A stretch of 64,000 bases of DNA from Mantamonas sphyraenae STR306. Taxonomy: Eukaryota; Protista; CRuMs. The notes below the pieces were generated by a model. The model saw nothing but the letters and a program-made list of their open reading frames with translations. It made no database searches and was not told the origin of the DNA. Location: the NCBI GenBank assembly GCA_026936335.1, contig JAPMXV010000058.1, positions 124,001 to 188,000 of the forward strand. The letters run 5' to 3'. A program made the translations under genes and the position numbers. This document shows, in pieces, positions 47,582 to 59,997 of the stretch. Each line of letters opens with the position of its first letter. The stretch's first letter is position 1.

Positions 47582-50500
47582 ATGGCGGACACAGAGAGAG
47601 CAGGCGACGGGGAAGGGATTGCTCCCAATTCCCGATCCCCTGCTCTCGTGCAACGCTTCATCGCCCGTCGTTCCAAACCCTACATGCGGGTGGGCCTGCT
47701 TGTGGATTTGACGGTGCACAGTGCCTTTCACAACCACGGTGTGCGTGTCAGCCGCCGTCCTTGTCTCTGGCTCTGGGGCACCCTCCTGCTCCTCCTCATC
47801 CCCATGACCTTCCTCCCCAACCTCACCCTCCTCACCTACGAGAAACCATTGCTTCTGGGTGATCCCAAGGAGGTTGAGCCGGTGGTGTCCATGTACTCCG
47901 TGTTTGGCGTCGTCGAGTTTGCCGAACACATCATCACCTCCGCGGCCAACGCCGACGACCCGTACGGTCTTGCAGGCAATGTGCTCACCGCCGATGCGTT
48001 GAGACTGGTCCACTCCAACGATATGGGCCTGCTCACCACTTCCGTGACGTACCAAGGCAACACCCACTCCATGGCCAGCCTCTGCCTGCCCGAACGACCG
48101 CACACAGATCTCGTGCTGGGCAGCGAACGACCCTTTCCGCAGGCATACACCAGCAGTGAATGTGAAAAGCACACTATAATGGACGTGTGGGCCAATCGAA
48201 GTGCATTCGAGGCCGACCCGATCCGGTGGCAACGCTGCAGGCGGCTGTGGACAAAAGGGGGTTCGTCCACCTTGCAAACGGACGCGTCCTGCCCTTCAGT
48301 GCCTTTGCTTCTGGGGTTGACAAAGATGCCAATGGCAAGGTTACACGTGTGCGCTACTGGAGATCTGAAGTGATGTTTACGCCGGTGAGTCGATGGCCTT
48401 GTGTGAGAGCGATTGTGTTTTCCTGGCGGCTGACATTTTCGCCTCGGCACACCCTTGCCCCCTTTTTTTTTGCATGGTGCATGCCCCTCTCAGTTTCCAA
48501 ACCAGCCCCGTTTCAACAGATATGGGCCCATCTACGCGCAGATGTGTGCTGCAATGGCACGGAGGTTGCACATGAAGGAGAAGAGCGGGTTGATCTCCAC
48601 GGTGGGGTGCTACCGGGCCATTGTGGAGGGTGCAGGCACAGCATACCTTGGATTGTGGCTGGTGATGCTCATTGTATACATGGCATCGTTGGATACCGTC
48701 GTGATGTGGAGAGCAAGGTGCTTGTGCTGCTGGTGGGGCTGTTCAACTCCACCTTTGCGGTGCTCTGTGCTCTGGGCATCATGGTGCTCTTGGACTTTCC
48801 CATTCATGTGCTATTGCAGGTCGGTGGTGCTGTGGTGGTGGCCATTGGTGTCGATGATGTGTTCATCATGGTCAGCACCGTGCGACGCATCCAAACCGAC
48901 AATCCCACGCGCAAGTTGGCCAAGGCCATCGGTGAGGCGGGCACCTCCATCCTGATGACCACTGTCACCGATCTCATTGTGTTTGGCTATGGCATGTTCG
49001 CCTCCTCTGCAGGGACTCCCTTCTACTTGAGTCTCTTTGTCTCCATGGCCCTGTTGATTGACTTTGTCTCCCAGATGACCCTTGTGGTGGCTGTCCTCGC
49101 CATGGACCTGCGTCGTGCTGCCCAGGGTCGCTCCCTGCTGGGACTGGGATGCACCAACACCAAGCGTTCGAAAGCAGCCGTCACCACCCTTGCATACACA
49201 GAGAACACAGCTCAGGGGGGGCAGGAGAAGGGCTCGGAGGTGGCGTCGGCGGTGGTGCGGAGAGAGGTGGAAACGGTGCAGCTTGAGTCGATGTCATCGA
49301 CGACGGATGAAACTCGTCGCACCTCCGCCACCCACAGTGTCAATAGCATCACTGTGGTTCAAGTTCGATCGGATTCCCCCTTTTCACAGCGGTCTGGAGA
49401 CACGGCGGAGTTGATCCGTGACGAGGACCACCAGGCAGCGGTGACGATGACGGACGAATCTGTGCTGGCTCGTTTCTTTTCCACCACCTATGTGGATGTC
49501 ATCATGCACCGAGGGTGTCATGTGGCGGCATTGCTGTTGCTGATTGGCATTGTGATTGTGTCTGTGTTCTCGTGCACAGAGAACCATGCGAAGATCATCA
49601 CGTCGCGAGACATTTCGCTGGATGACACAGGGAGCACCATCACACAACATCAACTGCGTCGCAACGCACACATGGTTCAATCATCGGTGTCACCAGCCTA
49701 CCTGATTGTGCCACAGGGCACCGACTACACAGATGCAGGCACCCAACGTGTGTTGCGGGAAGCGTGTGCACTGCTGCTGGGAGACAAGATGGGGGCACCT
49801 GTGATGCAATCGGGGTGGAACAATGCCACCTCGTGTTGGTTTGCAGAGTTTGAAGCATGGTTGAACGGCACAGCGCCGCAGGACGAGGAGACGTTTCATC
49901 GGCAGCTGCGAACGTTCACAGCAGTGCCTGCACACGAGCACGTGCGACAACACATCATGTGGGACCAGAAGGGACGGCTGTACATGTCACGGTTTGCATG
50001 GCAAGCGCCCGTGGTGACCAGCGTGGCAGGCGGCATTTCCAATCACTCTGCGGCCACACGGTTCTTTCGCACGCACCTCAGTGCAGGCGCAAGTGCCACT
50101 TTGCACTTTGTAAACTCAGAATGGTCACGTGCCATGTCTGCACGCTATGTGGAACAGCTTCTGGTGGAAACGGGAGTGGTGACAGGCGTGTTGGTGACCC
50201 TCGCCTCTGCCGTGCTGCTGATCAACCCACTGTCCAGTGTGCTCGTCACCCTGGCCATGTGGGGCACTGCATTGTGCACATACCAACTTCTGGACTGGTT
50301 CCCAGGTCGGAACCTGAATCTGGCCATGGTGTTTGTGGGTGTGTTTGCTCTGGGCTTTGGCATCGATTTCACCGCCCATCTGGTGCTCCACTTCAACACA
50401 GAGGCTGGCAGTGTGGAGGAACGTCTGCGTCACACCATGGGCGCTGTAGGTGGGTCTGTCTTTCATGGGTTTGGCAGTGCAGTGACCCTCAGTGTGTTGC

Positions 50501-50724
50501 TCTTCATCCTGGACGGGTACCTGCAGACGATTGTGCTGATCTTTGTGGTGGCGTTGATCATCTCCTTTGTCATTGCCATTTGCATTGTGCCTGTGGTGTT
50601 GCAATTCATGACCCCGCCGCCCGCATTGCGTGACATGCACATGCACGAACGGCTGCAGACACGCAAGACAGACATTGAAGACACGTGGGAGATGCACTTC
50701 AAGGGCAAACACGACGAAGGATGA
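47582..50724 (+). CDS. Patched/NPC1-like RND sterol-sensing-domain membrane protein
   Basis: 'AIGVDDVFI', 'EAGTSILMTTVTD', 'GFGIDFTAH' and 'VGGSVFHG' in two TM bundles. Intron ~48385-48493; frameshifts near 48218 and 48691. Confidence 0.85.
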
Positions 50725-50794
50725 ACAATGGCGGGTGCTTCCCTCCCTGGATAAATACAGTAATGAATGAATGACCCCCATCGGACCAACCAGA

Positions 50795-51649
50795 ATGGCG
50801 GCAGACTTTGTCTGCGTGGAGTGCGGAAGCCCTGCAGACAGTCTGTGTGAGCATGTGGGGAACAATGCAGGCGTGAAGCTGAGCATGTGCACACAGTGTC
50901 ACAAGGTGGTGGACAAATACGTGGAGTTCGAGGCTGTGGTGGTCATCCTGGACCTCATCCTGCTCAAACCCGCCGTGTACAGACACATCCTGTTCAACGA
51001 ACTGCCCTACCGTCGCAGCGGCGTCGATGCGTGGATTTGGAACCAATTCTTCTTCTACGTCATCCTGGATGCATGTGCGTGAGCGCAAACGGCGGGAGGG
51101 AAGGGGGGAGCAGGGTGAGTGATTCCACGCTGACACCCACCCACCCACCCACCCACCCACACCCACCCACACACAGACGAGATGTTCTCACGCAAGTATG
51201 GGCGGTTTGACATGCTTGTGTACCTTCAACGATTGGTGATGGAAGAGGAAAAGGCGTTTGTGGAGTGGCAGCCACTGCTCAACGTGGCCCAGGAGCTGAC
51301 ATACTCGCTATTTGAAAACGTGGGCTATGTGCTGGGCATTGGACTGGTGGCATCACAATTGGGGGTCATGCGACACAGCGAACGACGGTGGGGGCGCATG
51401 TACGGGGCAAACTACGTGGTGATGGCCGTCGTCCTGTCCTCCTTTGGCAAGGCGCTCGTCCTGTCCACCATGGTGTGGGAGTACACCTTTGAGTTTGGTG
51501 GCATTGTGTCTGTCTTTGTCCTGGGTGCAAACATGTTTGCTCTCATGGTCCTCACAGACAACCACGGCGGCGCCGTCGCAAGCATGCTCGCTGGCGGCGT
51601 CCTCCTGCGACTCGCCGTCTCGGCCTCCCTCCCGCGTTTGCTCAGGTGA
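50795..51649 (+). CDS. ARV1: ARV1 sterol/GPI homeostasis protein
   Basis: CVECG..CTQC..VDKYVEFE..LDLILLKPAVYRHILFN; intron ~51075-51176. Confidence 0.92.
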
Positions 51650-51914
51650 CACACACCTCATGATGGGCGGGAGGGGGGTTCTCCACACATGTGTACATAA
51701 TAGAACCAACTGCAGACAAGAATGGCGGGCAAGAGCTAAGATCACATCCTCCAACCCACACACCACGCACACACACGCAAAGAGAGAGATAGAATCAGGA
51801 TCAACACTGGGGAACACGCTCCCACATTGTGCATTGACGCTTAACCCACGCCGCCGGTGCAGCCTGTGTGCAGCCTGCAGCTTGAGCTCCGCCTCGCTCG
51901 CAACAACCGGGCAT

Positions 51915-52627
51915 TTAAAGGCCGAGCTTGGTGCGGCGCCAGTGACGGCGCTTGGCGTTGTAGCGGATCTTGTTGCCGGTTCGGAGGCGGATCCACTGGG
52001 GCAGAGGTCTGTGGTAGGTACGGGGACGGGTTAGCATGCCATGGACAGTGTTCACGGGTTCCAGAGCGGCGACCAAACACAAAAGAGAGGGATTTGCCAG
52101 CGCATGCACAGCCTTGTTTTGCCCTCAGACACACGCAGACCACACCTCAAGCACACACCACACACATACACACATACAGACACACACGTGTGTGTCCGCC
52201 TGCATGTGTATGTGTGGCGTAGCATCTGCAGAGCGAGTAGAGAGGCGTGCAAAGGGCAACTGGGCAATGGAAAAAGCTGCTTGGCACACCCAGCACAGCC
52301 TTTACGCAGCCACCAGCCATGACCAGAGCACCACACTCAGTCTACTGCATGCCCACGTCTGTCTTGCATCGCATGCCCTGCAGTGTGTGCGGCTGTGGCG
52401 CATGTGGCGTGTGCTGCAGCCGAAGGAGTTCCCAGCCTCGGAAAATGCATGCAAAAAGCAGCGGCGGCAATCGGCCGCCGTACAGCACGCATGGGTGTGT
52501 CTCCACGCTCCACGTTGCGTCTGTGACATGTTCTCCCTCGTGACTACACGTGACACTCAACATACCGGTTCTGGCGGGCCTTCTTGGCGAGGATTCGCTT
52601 GGTCTTCAGGCTCTTGTGGCTGGGCAT
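51915..52627 (-). CDS. RPL39: 60S ribosomal protein L39 (2 exons)
   Basis: [21 protein letters not shown] (52627-52566) plus [30 protein letters not shown] (52008-51915); intron of 557 nt. Confidence 0.97.
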
Positions 52628-53009
52628 TGTTTCTGCGAGGAGCGATGCGGGGGGACCAAAAGGGCGCGCGTGTAAGCCGGACGGAACCAACACGAGGGAG
52701 GTGCACACGGGGGCACATGTGGCGCATGGTCTATCATCCACCCATGGGGAATGGCATGTCAACACGTGGGTGAGTGTGTGGGTGTGGCAACGAACAATTA
52801 GACTTTTTGCTGGTCGCCGTGGCGCTGCGTCGCTTCGTTCCAGTTTGATTGGCTTCCCCGAACAGGATCCTGTCCATCCACCCACCCACCCACCCACTAC
52901 CACCCACCACCCACCACCAATCATCATCATCACCTGTTGCTGTGCATGGTCATCATCCACCCCAACCCCCGCACACCGGTCCAACACTTCTTCCCCCTGG
53001 TTCCACGCA

Positions 53010-56000
53010 ATGACCAGCATCGCCGAGTTGAAAGAACAATTGGATCCGGTGATCGACGCAGCTGCAGAGGCAGATGCAGAGGTGGATGAGGAAACCGTTG
53101 AGGCGTTGAGTGAGTTTGGCGTCTCGCAAGCACACACAAAACCCGCGCGAAGATTCCGGCAGCTCACACCCTTGCATACACACACCCATCTCTGCAGAGA
53201 CGACACTCGCCGCTGGCCAAGAGCTTGCAGAGGATATGCTCGAACTCCTCAAGGGCTTTGTCGCTTACGTGGCCGAGAACGATGAGGAACTTGCTGCTGC
53301 CGCAGGTACGTTGCCTTTGCGCCCAACAATCCGGGAACCGCGGCTGACATGGAGCATTTTCTGCCCCCTGCCCTTCCCATTACCACCTGCCCCCACCCAA
53401 CAACCACTGCACACAGTGGCAGCACTGACTGCAGGCGTACAAGCCGCCCCCGAGGTGTTTGCCTCTGTGGTGGAGGCTGTCAAGAGCCTGGAGCTGGACG
53501 CGCTGGCCGAACTAAACGGGCTGGATGTGCCCACGCTCACCGCCGAAAGCAAGAAGCTGCTGTGTGCAGTCAACCAAGCGGCTGCAGATGGAGTCGAGGT
53601 GCCACCCGAGGCCAAGCAGGCACTTGTGGATGCGGCCGTGGCAGGCGAGGAGCTGAGCGAAGAGGCAGCGGCAGGAGCCTCCGAGGTGTTTGCCTCGGTG
53701 GCCGAGAACAGCCCGGCAGCATTTGCAGCCATCCAGGAGGCACTGCAGGAGGGTGCCACACAGGGACAGGTGCTGCTCAAGGCGTTGGCAAGCACGGTGT
53801 ACGAGTTGAACCCGGAGCTGTGGAGTGCCCTCGGGGAGGTGGTGGCAGAGACGGCAGACGGGGCCGTGGATGTGGCCCAGGCGGGAGGACAGGCGGTGGC
53901 AGACATTGTGGCCACAGTGCCCACGGGAAGCATCAACAGGGCGTTTGCAGATGCGGAACAATTCTTTGCGCAGGGATTGCCCGAGTTGCCCGAGGTGGAT
54001 TTTGGCGAGGTGGGGGAGGTGTATGCGCAGAGCAGCGAGGCGTTGACGTCGCTGATGAACGCTGCCATGGGCATCAGCGTCGGCTGGTTCGACTTTACCA
54101 AGTTTGACATTGTGCGCGATTACTTCCAGGTGGTGTCGCTCTTCTTTGCCAGCTTCAACTACCCGGCCATCTTTGCCAACAGCTGGGGCTACATCAGTTC
54201 CCTCGTCTCTGTGGACATCAACTTTGTGGTGCCCACCCTGGATCCCCTGATCCTGTTTTGGATTGTCTTTGCCGCCGCCGTCGTCTTTCTCTGCGCTGGA
54301 TGGTGCTCCACAGGCGACGACCCCGACGCCCTGCGTGACGGCAAGGAGATTGTGCGTTGGGAGGATCGCAGTGCGTGGGAGAAGTACGGCACCAAGATTG
54401 CCTTTACCATTGTGACCACCCTGTACCTGCCCGTCAGCCGCAACGCCGTGCAGATCCTCGTGTGCCACCCTGCATACGTGCCCCTGTACATGCAGTGTGG
54501 CGACGGCCTCTACATCGCCGTGGCCGTCGTCTCGCTCCTGTTCATCACCGTGGCTGCGCCCATCAAGCTGTACAAGATCATCCAGGAGAACAAGCCCAAA
54601 GAACGCGGGTTCGATTCTGCTACCGGTGAGGAGGTCGAGTACACCAACCAGATGTACAAGAACGACCTGGATGCCGACAAGAGTCCCTACAAGTTCCTGT
54701 ACGACGGCTACGAGCGCGACTGGGCCTTCTACAAGGTGATCGTGATGGTGTTCAAGCTGGCCCTGGTGCTGGCCACCGTGGCGCTGTTTAGCGTGTTGCC
54801 CATCGTGTCGACCATCGTCACACTTGTGGTCCTGCTGATCTTTGCCGGCCTGAGCACAAAGTCGCAGCCGTTCATCAAGGACGAGGACGATTACATGGAC
54901 ATGGCGGGTCGCATTGTGGCCTCGCTGACGATGGTGGTGACCCTGATCCGTCAGGCGACCGCGCAGACACCCGACGGCGAGGAGGGCTATGGCATCACCA
55001 TGCTTGTGTTGAACATTGCCAGCGTGGCAGCCACCCTTGTGTTTGCCCTCATGGGCAACAAGGCCTTCAAGAAGAAGATGAAGAACCTGTCGGGCAAGTT
55101 TGAGCTGTCGTCGCGGGAGCTGGAGTACGATCTGTCGCGTGAGCGCAAGGTGCGCGTGTGGCAACCGTTCTGGGAGTCACTGATGAGCACGGACGAGGAG
55201 TTGAAGGAGGGGCCGTTTGAGCGTCTGGTGGAGATGAAGAACACCATGTCGTATGTGGGTGGCGTTGTGTATGCCCGCGAGGTGGAGGAGGTGTTGAGCG
55301 AGGAACAGGAGGGTGCGCGTCAGTACCTGGCGGACCACGAGGGTGTCGATGTGTACTGGGACGGAGCCGTGGAAGGGGAGGAGAGCGGCGGCGGCGAGTT
55401 TGGCAAGATGTGGATCCAGGACTTTCCGTGGAGTCCGGTGATGGTGTTTGACAACGGCCACGCGGGCCATGTGCCACGTGAGCAGGTGGTGGCCATGGCC
55501 AACCGCAACCAGGACGAGGAGGTGGAGGCACGTCGATTGGTGCGTCACAAGCTGCGTGCCATGAACGGCAAGACGGTGCATTGGCACCACGAGGAAGACC
55601 GCGATCTGGGCACACGAGACGACGGACGCGACGAGAATGGCAACCCCATCAATCAGCGACGGGTGACGGTGCACCTTACGTTCGAACACGGCACACTGAG
55701 TGTGAGTGGACACGACGGCAAGGAGATGGCGTACGGATTCGGCGTCAGCATCCACTACAGCGATGGTACGGGTACCAACTCGGAGGGAGAGCACATGACG
55801 GGCCAAACCACGACTGTGGGTGGCGGCGAGTTTGGCGTGTCCGACTTTCGCATGAACGACACCCTGGCAGGCTTCTTCAACGATCCGGAGAACGCACCGG
55901 TGTGGGAGGAGAACCTGGACGGGGTGCGTGAGTGGCTGCGTGCATACAGCGACAAGATGAAGGCGGAACGTGCTGCCAAGGAGGCCACGTTGTCGTGGCG

Positions 56001-56430
56001 TTTCCTGCACGACGTGTACAACCGGGACACTCTGACGCTGGAGGAGCTTGCCGTGCGGTTGGGTGAGGAGGAGAACCCTGTGATGCAAGCGTTGCCGACG
56101 GCACATGCGGATGGGTTGAACTTCCTGTACGCTCGCCTGGGATTCTTTGACCAGCATCCGACGGTGGGCTTCTGGTTCACCGTGTTTGACGACATCTGGG
56201 ACAAGAACCAGGACATGAAGGCGGTGGAGGAGAACGAAGAGTTGCTGTGCACCACAAAGTCCACCGCATTGGCGTACAAACCCATGCCCAAGGCCAAACT
56301 CATCGAGAAGCTGGACGAGCACAACCTGCACTTTCCCACCAAGCTCTTCTCCGACCCGCTGGTCGACCACATGTACGAACGCATGGACGAGTACGCCAAG
56401 ATGGCCCCGAGTGGACCCACGTATGTGTGA
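53010..56430 (+). CDS. Uncharacterised multipass membrane protein: Ala/Glu-rich N-terminus, ~8 TM, large C-terminal soluble domain
   Basis: Introns ~53110-53197 and ~53306-53415. 'YFQVVSLF', 'FLYDGYERDWAFYKVIVMVFK' and 'QPF' resemble TRP/PKD-like TM bundles. Confidence 0.7.
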
Positions 56431-56469
56431 GTGAGGTGAGGATGGGTGGATCAATCGATCGATCACGAA

Positions 56470-58200
56470 TCAAGGCCATTTCTTGCTGCTCTGCAAGAGC
56501 GAGCGCAGTAACAACGCCACTTCGTCGGTGTCCATGCCTTGTGTGTCCTCCTCTGTGTTGAGGAGGGATTGGAGGGTGGCGAGTTCGACGGCCAGGATCT
56601 CGTCCAGGGTGGACCGGGTCATGGAGTGCAGTTGCAGGTCGCAATAGACGTAGACCGCGCCGGAAAAGGTGACGTAGACGAGACAGGGCACGGTGTGACC
56701 CGGAGCAATGGAGTACATGCCAGCACGAAAGGCAGCCACGCGTTCGGGGAACTTGAAGCGGACCATGTTTGCGTTGGAATCCAGGATGTAGGTTGTGCCA
56801 TGCCAGCCACAGGTGACAATTTCCAGGGAGCCATCACGTGTGATGTCGGCCACCTGGAGGACAAAGAATTGGTCGTCGAGCTCCAGTTGCCAACTGTGGT
56901 GTTCCAAGTCGGCATAGGTGACCCATCCATCCAGGGTGGCTGTGATGAGTCCTGCGTTGCGTTCCTCCAGTGGCATCGCTGCCATTTGGGTGGCCACAAA
57001 TGTCAATCCGCCCCCGTCCTTCTGTTTCTGCTGTCGTTCCGCAGACGACTCGGCCGAGCCCACCGTGCGTGAATCGACTCGTTCCATGTGGCCCTCCTTG
57101 TCCACCACCATGTATGCCCCTGCCTGTTGGCCAATCATGAGCACGGGGTCCCCACGCCAATCCTGGCTTTTGCACAGCGAGTGCACCTGGCCGTCCAGAC
57201 GCCAGGTTTGCTTCAACACAAGAGCCCCCTCCTCCAGCACGTAGGCATACACCGTGCGATCAATGGTACCCACCACAATCTCGTTGATGCCATCGCCGTC
57301 CACATCGTCGATAATCAAACTGGTCACATTCGCTGGCACCTGCTGGCTCAGCGTCGGCTTCCAGGCCAACAGCTCCTCGTCCTCCTCCTCGTCCACACTG
57401 CCCCCCTGCTCCCCTTCCTCCTGTCCATCTCCTGTTGTGTCTCCACCATACAGCACAGCGGCCACCTCTGCGTTGTCTTCGTCCCGCAACAGAGGCGATG
57501 TGTCCTCGTTCGTCGTGGGCAACCCGGGAAGGGGATGAGAATGATCCGTGCCGCTGCTGCTGCTGGTTCTCCTCTTTTCACTTGCCACAGCTTCCGTGGC
57601 ATTGCCACTGATCAACGGACTGGTGGGATTGCTGCTGCTGGTGGTACCGCCACTGGAAGAGGATGATGATGATGATGATGATGTGGATGATGTGGATGTG
57701 GTGCGTGCGAGGGTGTGGTCTGTGTCGCTGTGTCCGCTGAGGGAGCTGGTCATGCTGTGTTGGCTCTCCGACACAATGCTGGCCGTGTCGTGGACGGATG
57801 TGCTGACAGCAGCGCCACGTTCGTTGGCCGACACATCGCTGTGTGGAGTGTCGGCGCGTATGTCCAAGGGAGACACGGACGGGAGGACGTCAAAGAGGTG
57901 AAAGATGCCCTCGGCGGTGACACAACACAGGCTCTGCTGCGCTGGATTGCTTGCACTGCGCACCACGCCAATCTCCAAACATGTGATGGTGCCCAACTCC
58001 TCACACTCTCGCCACGGTTCCTCTTCGCTGTGTTTGAACACACACAGGCGTCCGTCCACGCCCCCCAGTGCCAGCTCCACATCGCCGTCGTTGTCCACAT
58101 CCCCAAGGGCCATGGCCTTTTCGTACAGCTTGCTGGCAAAGTGCATGCGCACATGTTTCGCAAACTGCACCTGTCGACGTGAGGATTGTTGCACGTCCAT
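56470..58200 (-). CDS. ITFG2: KICSTOR subunit ITFG2 (FG-GAP beta-propeller)
   Basis: 'AMALGDVDNDGDVELALG', 'QQVPANV..DVDGDGINEIVVG', 'EIVTCGWHGTTYI' and 'AFRAGMY..CLVYVTF'. Confidence 0.88.
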   Translation of the reverse strand: MDVQQSSRRQVQFAKHVRMHFASKLYEKAMALGDVDNDGDVELALGGVDGRLCVFKHSEEEPWRECEELGTITCLEIGVVRSASNPAQQSLCCVTAEGIFHLFDVLPSVSPLDIRADTPHSDVSANERGAAVSTSVHDTASIVSESQHSMTSSLSGHSDTDHTLARTTSTSSTSSSSSSSSSSGGTTSSSNPTSPLISGNATEAVASEKRRTSSSSGTDHSHPLPGLPTTNEDTSPLLRDEDNAEVAAVLYGGDTTGDGQEEGEQGGSVDEEEDEELLAWKPTLSQQVPANVTSLIIDDVDGDGINEIVVGTIDRTVYAYVLEEGALVLKQTWRLDGQVHSLCKSQDWRGDPVLMIGQQAGAYMVVDKEGHMERVDSRTVGSAESSAERQQKQKDGGGLTFVATQMAAMPLEERNAGLITATLDGWVTYADLEHHSWQLELDDQFFVLQVADITRDGSLEIVTCGWHGTTYILDSNANMVRFKFPERVAAFRAGMYSIAPGHTVPCLVYVTFSGAVYVYCDLQLHSMTRSTLDEILAVELATLQSLLNTEEDTQGMDTDEVALLLRSLLQSSKKWP

Positions 58201-58293
58201 GGGTGGTGTGATGCCGTATGTGTGTGTGCAGCTGTGTGTGTGTGGGTGCGCTTTCGGAGGCACCCTTACTTCAAGCAGCAAACCAAAGACAAC

Positions 58294-59419
58294 ATGTTTT
58301 CCCGAGTGAGCAAGAGTGGTGCCCGTGTGGTAGCCATGAACAGCCCTGTGGCATCGGCTGCATTTGCCCAGCGTACCTGTGAGTGGCAGCGTGAACGTGC
58401 GGGGGGGAGGGGATGAAGGGATGAACATGCCGCATACTCCTGCATGCAGCACTGTGGACACCACCTCTGGATGGCCACACGTGCTGCGGGTCCAACCCAT
58501 GGCGATGGCACCGTGCATGACCTCCCATCGTAGACATGGCATGCACACGGAAGGTTTTCTTTGTACCGGGTGAAAATCGAGCAAACGGACTCACACACCT
58601 CCTGTCCGTTTCCCTTCCGCGCGCGCCACAGACAGCAGCGAGGCTGGCGAGTACCAGATGATCAAGGCACACAAGGAGGAGGACGTGGGTGTGGTGACGC
58701 TCCACCGTCCCAAGGCACTGAACGCACTGTGCCGCGACCTGATTCTCGAGTTGAACGATGCCCTGCACGGGTTCCAGGCCGACGCCGAGGTGGGCTGCAT
58801 TGTGGTGACGGGCTCGGACAAGGCATTTGCCGCAGGAGCAGACATCAAGGAGATGGAGAAGCTGGAGTACATGGACATCTACCAGGGGGGACTGTTTGAC
58901 CCGTGGGACGGGGTGCGAGAGATCCGCAAGCCCATCATTGCAGCAGTGAACGGCTTTGCCTTGGGTGGTGGCTGTGAACTGGCCATGATGTGTGACATGA
59001 TCATTGCTGGCGACGGAGCCAAGTTTGGACAGCCGGAAATCAAGCTGGGCACCATCCCCGGTGTGGGTGGCACGCAGCGTCTGACGCGTGCGGTGGGCAA
59101 GTCCCTGGCCATGGAACTGACCCTCACCGGCGACTTTATTGACGCCGAACGTGCCATGCAGGCAGGCCTTGTGTCTCGTGTGGTGGCAGCCGACCAGTTG
59201 ATGGAGGAGGCCATGAAGACGGCCAAGAAGATCGCCGCCTTCTCCACCCCCATTGTCGAGTTTGCCAAGGATTGCGTCAACAAGAGCTACGAGATGACGC
59301 TCAATGAGGGACTGGAGTACGAACGACGCACCTTCCTGTCCACCTTTGCCACCCACGATCAGAAGGAGGGCATGAACGCCTTTGTCAACAAGCGTCCCCC
59401 TGCGTTCAAGAACAAGTAA
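58294..59419 (+). CDS. ECHS1: Mitochondrial short-chain enoyl-CoA hydratase
   Basis: RPKALNAL, AFAAGADIKEM, GGGCELAMMCD and QPEI..PG.GGTQRL. Presequence exon 58294-58378; intron to 58631. Confidence 0.95.
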
Positions 59420-59502
59420 ACGGTTGTTTTTGATGAATGTGTGTGCGTGTGTATGTGTTCATAGCATCCCTTGCTCTGTCATTGTGTTGTGATGTGTGTG
59501 GC

Positions 59503-59997
59503 TCACATCCAGCGTGAAAACACGCCGCCGAGGCTGGCGTTGATTTCCAGCGGCGAGTGGGCTGCGGCATGCGACTCCTCGTCGTGGTGACCATGCGATC
59601 CATGCTCCCACGGGTGTTCCCAACCCTGTGCGTGTGGTGATTCCATCCAGCGTGTGAGAATGTGTGACCCGCAAGCGGATGCCAACGGAACCGCAGGACG
59701 GCGCGCGATCTTCCGCACGTTCCGCAGGCCGGCAGACTGCCAGGCACACCATGAAAACAGGGCGCAAGGCGTGCCCTGCACCGTCGCCATGCCATGATGA
59801 CATGTGCCTGCGTGTACGTGTGCGTGTGGGAGGCTGCGGGGCGTGGACAGGGCATGCGAAACGAGAGGGAAACTCACAAGGAGCGCAGGACCGTCGAGAC
59901 GAGCACGATGGAAAATCCACAGCCACATCACTGTGCCCATGCCGGTGGCAAAGAGCCTGTGCACGCGTCCAGGAGCATGAAAACCGCCCGTGCCCAT
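59503..59997 (-). CDS. NDUFB2: Complex I accessory subunit NDUFB2 (AGGG), 2 exons
   Basis: Exon 1 59997-59878 plus exon 2 59625-59503 give ...GTVMWLWIFHRARLDGPALLGWEHPWEH..., matching the 'MW.W...R...DGp.llG..HPWe' signature. The 252-nt intron is in frame. Confidence 0.85.
   Translation of the reverse strand: MGTGGFHAPGRVHRLFATGMGTVMWLWIFHRARLDGPALLVSFPLVSHALSTPRSLPHAHVHAGTCHHGMATVQGTPCALFSWCAWQSAGLRNVRKIARRPAVPLASACGSHILTRWMESPHAQGWEHPWEHGSHGHHDEESHAAAHSPLEINASLGGVFSRWM

Noticed and set aside
7012-50724. Hedgehog pathway cluster (HHAT-like plus Patched-like genes)
   Set aside because: The genes are ~40 kb apart, both families are widespread in eukaryotes and predate Hedgehog signalling, and no Hint/Hedge gene is seen.
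59794-59800. ATGATGA C-box suggesting a C/D snoRNA
   Set aside because: No D box (CTGA) within a plausible distance, and it is antisense to the host intron.
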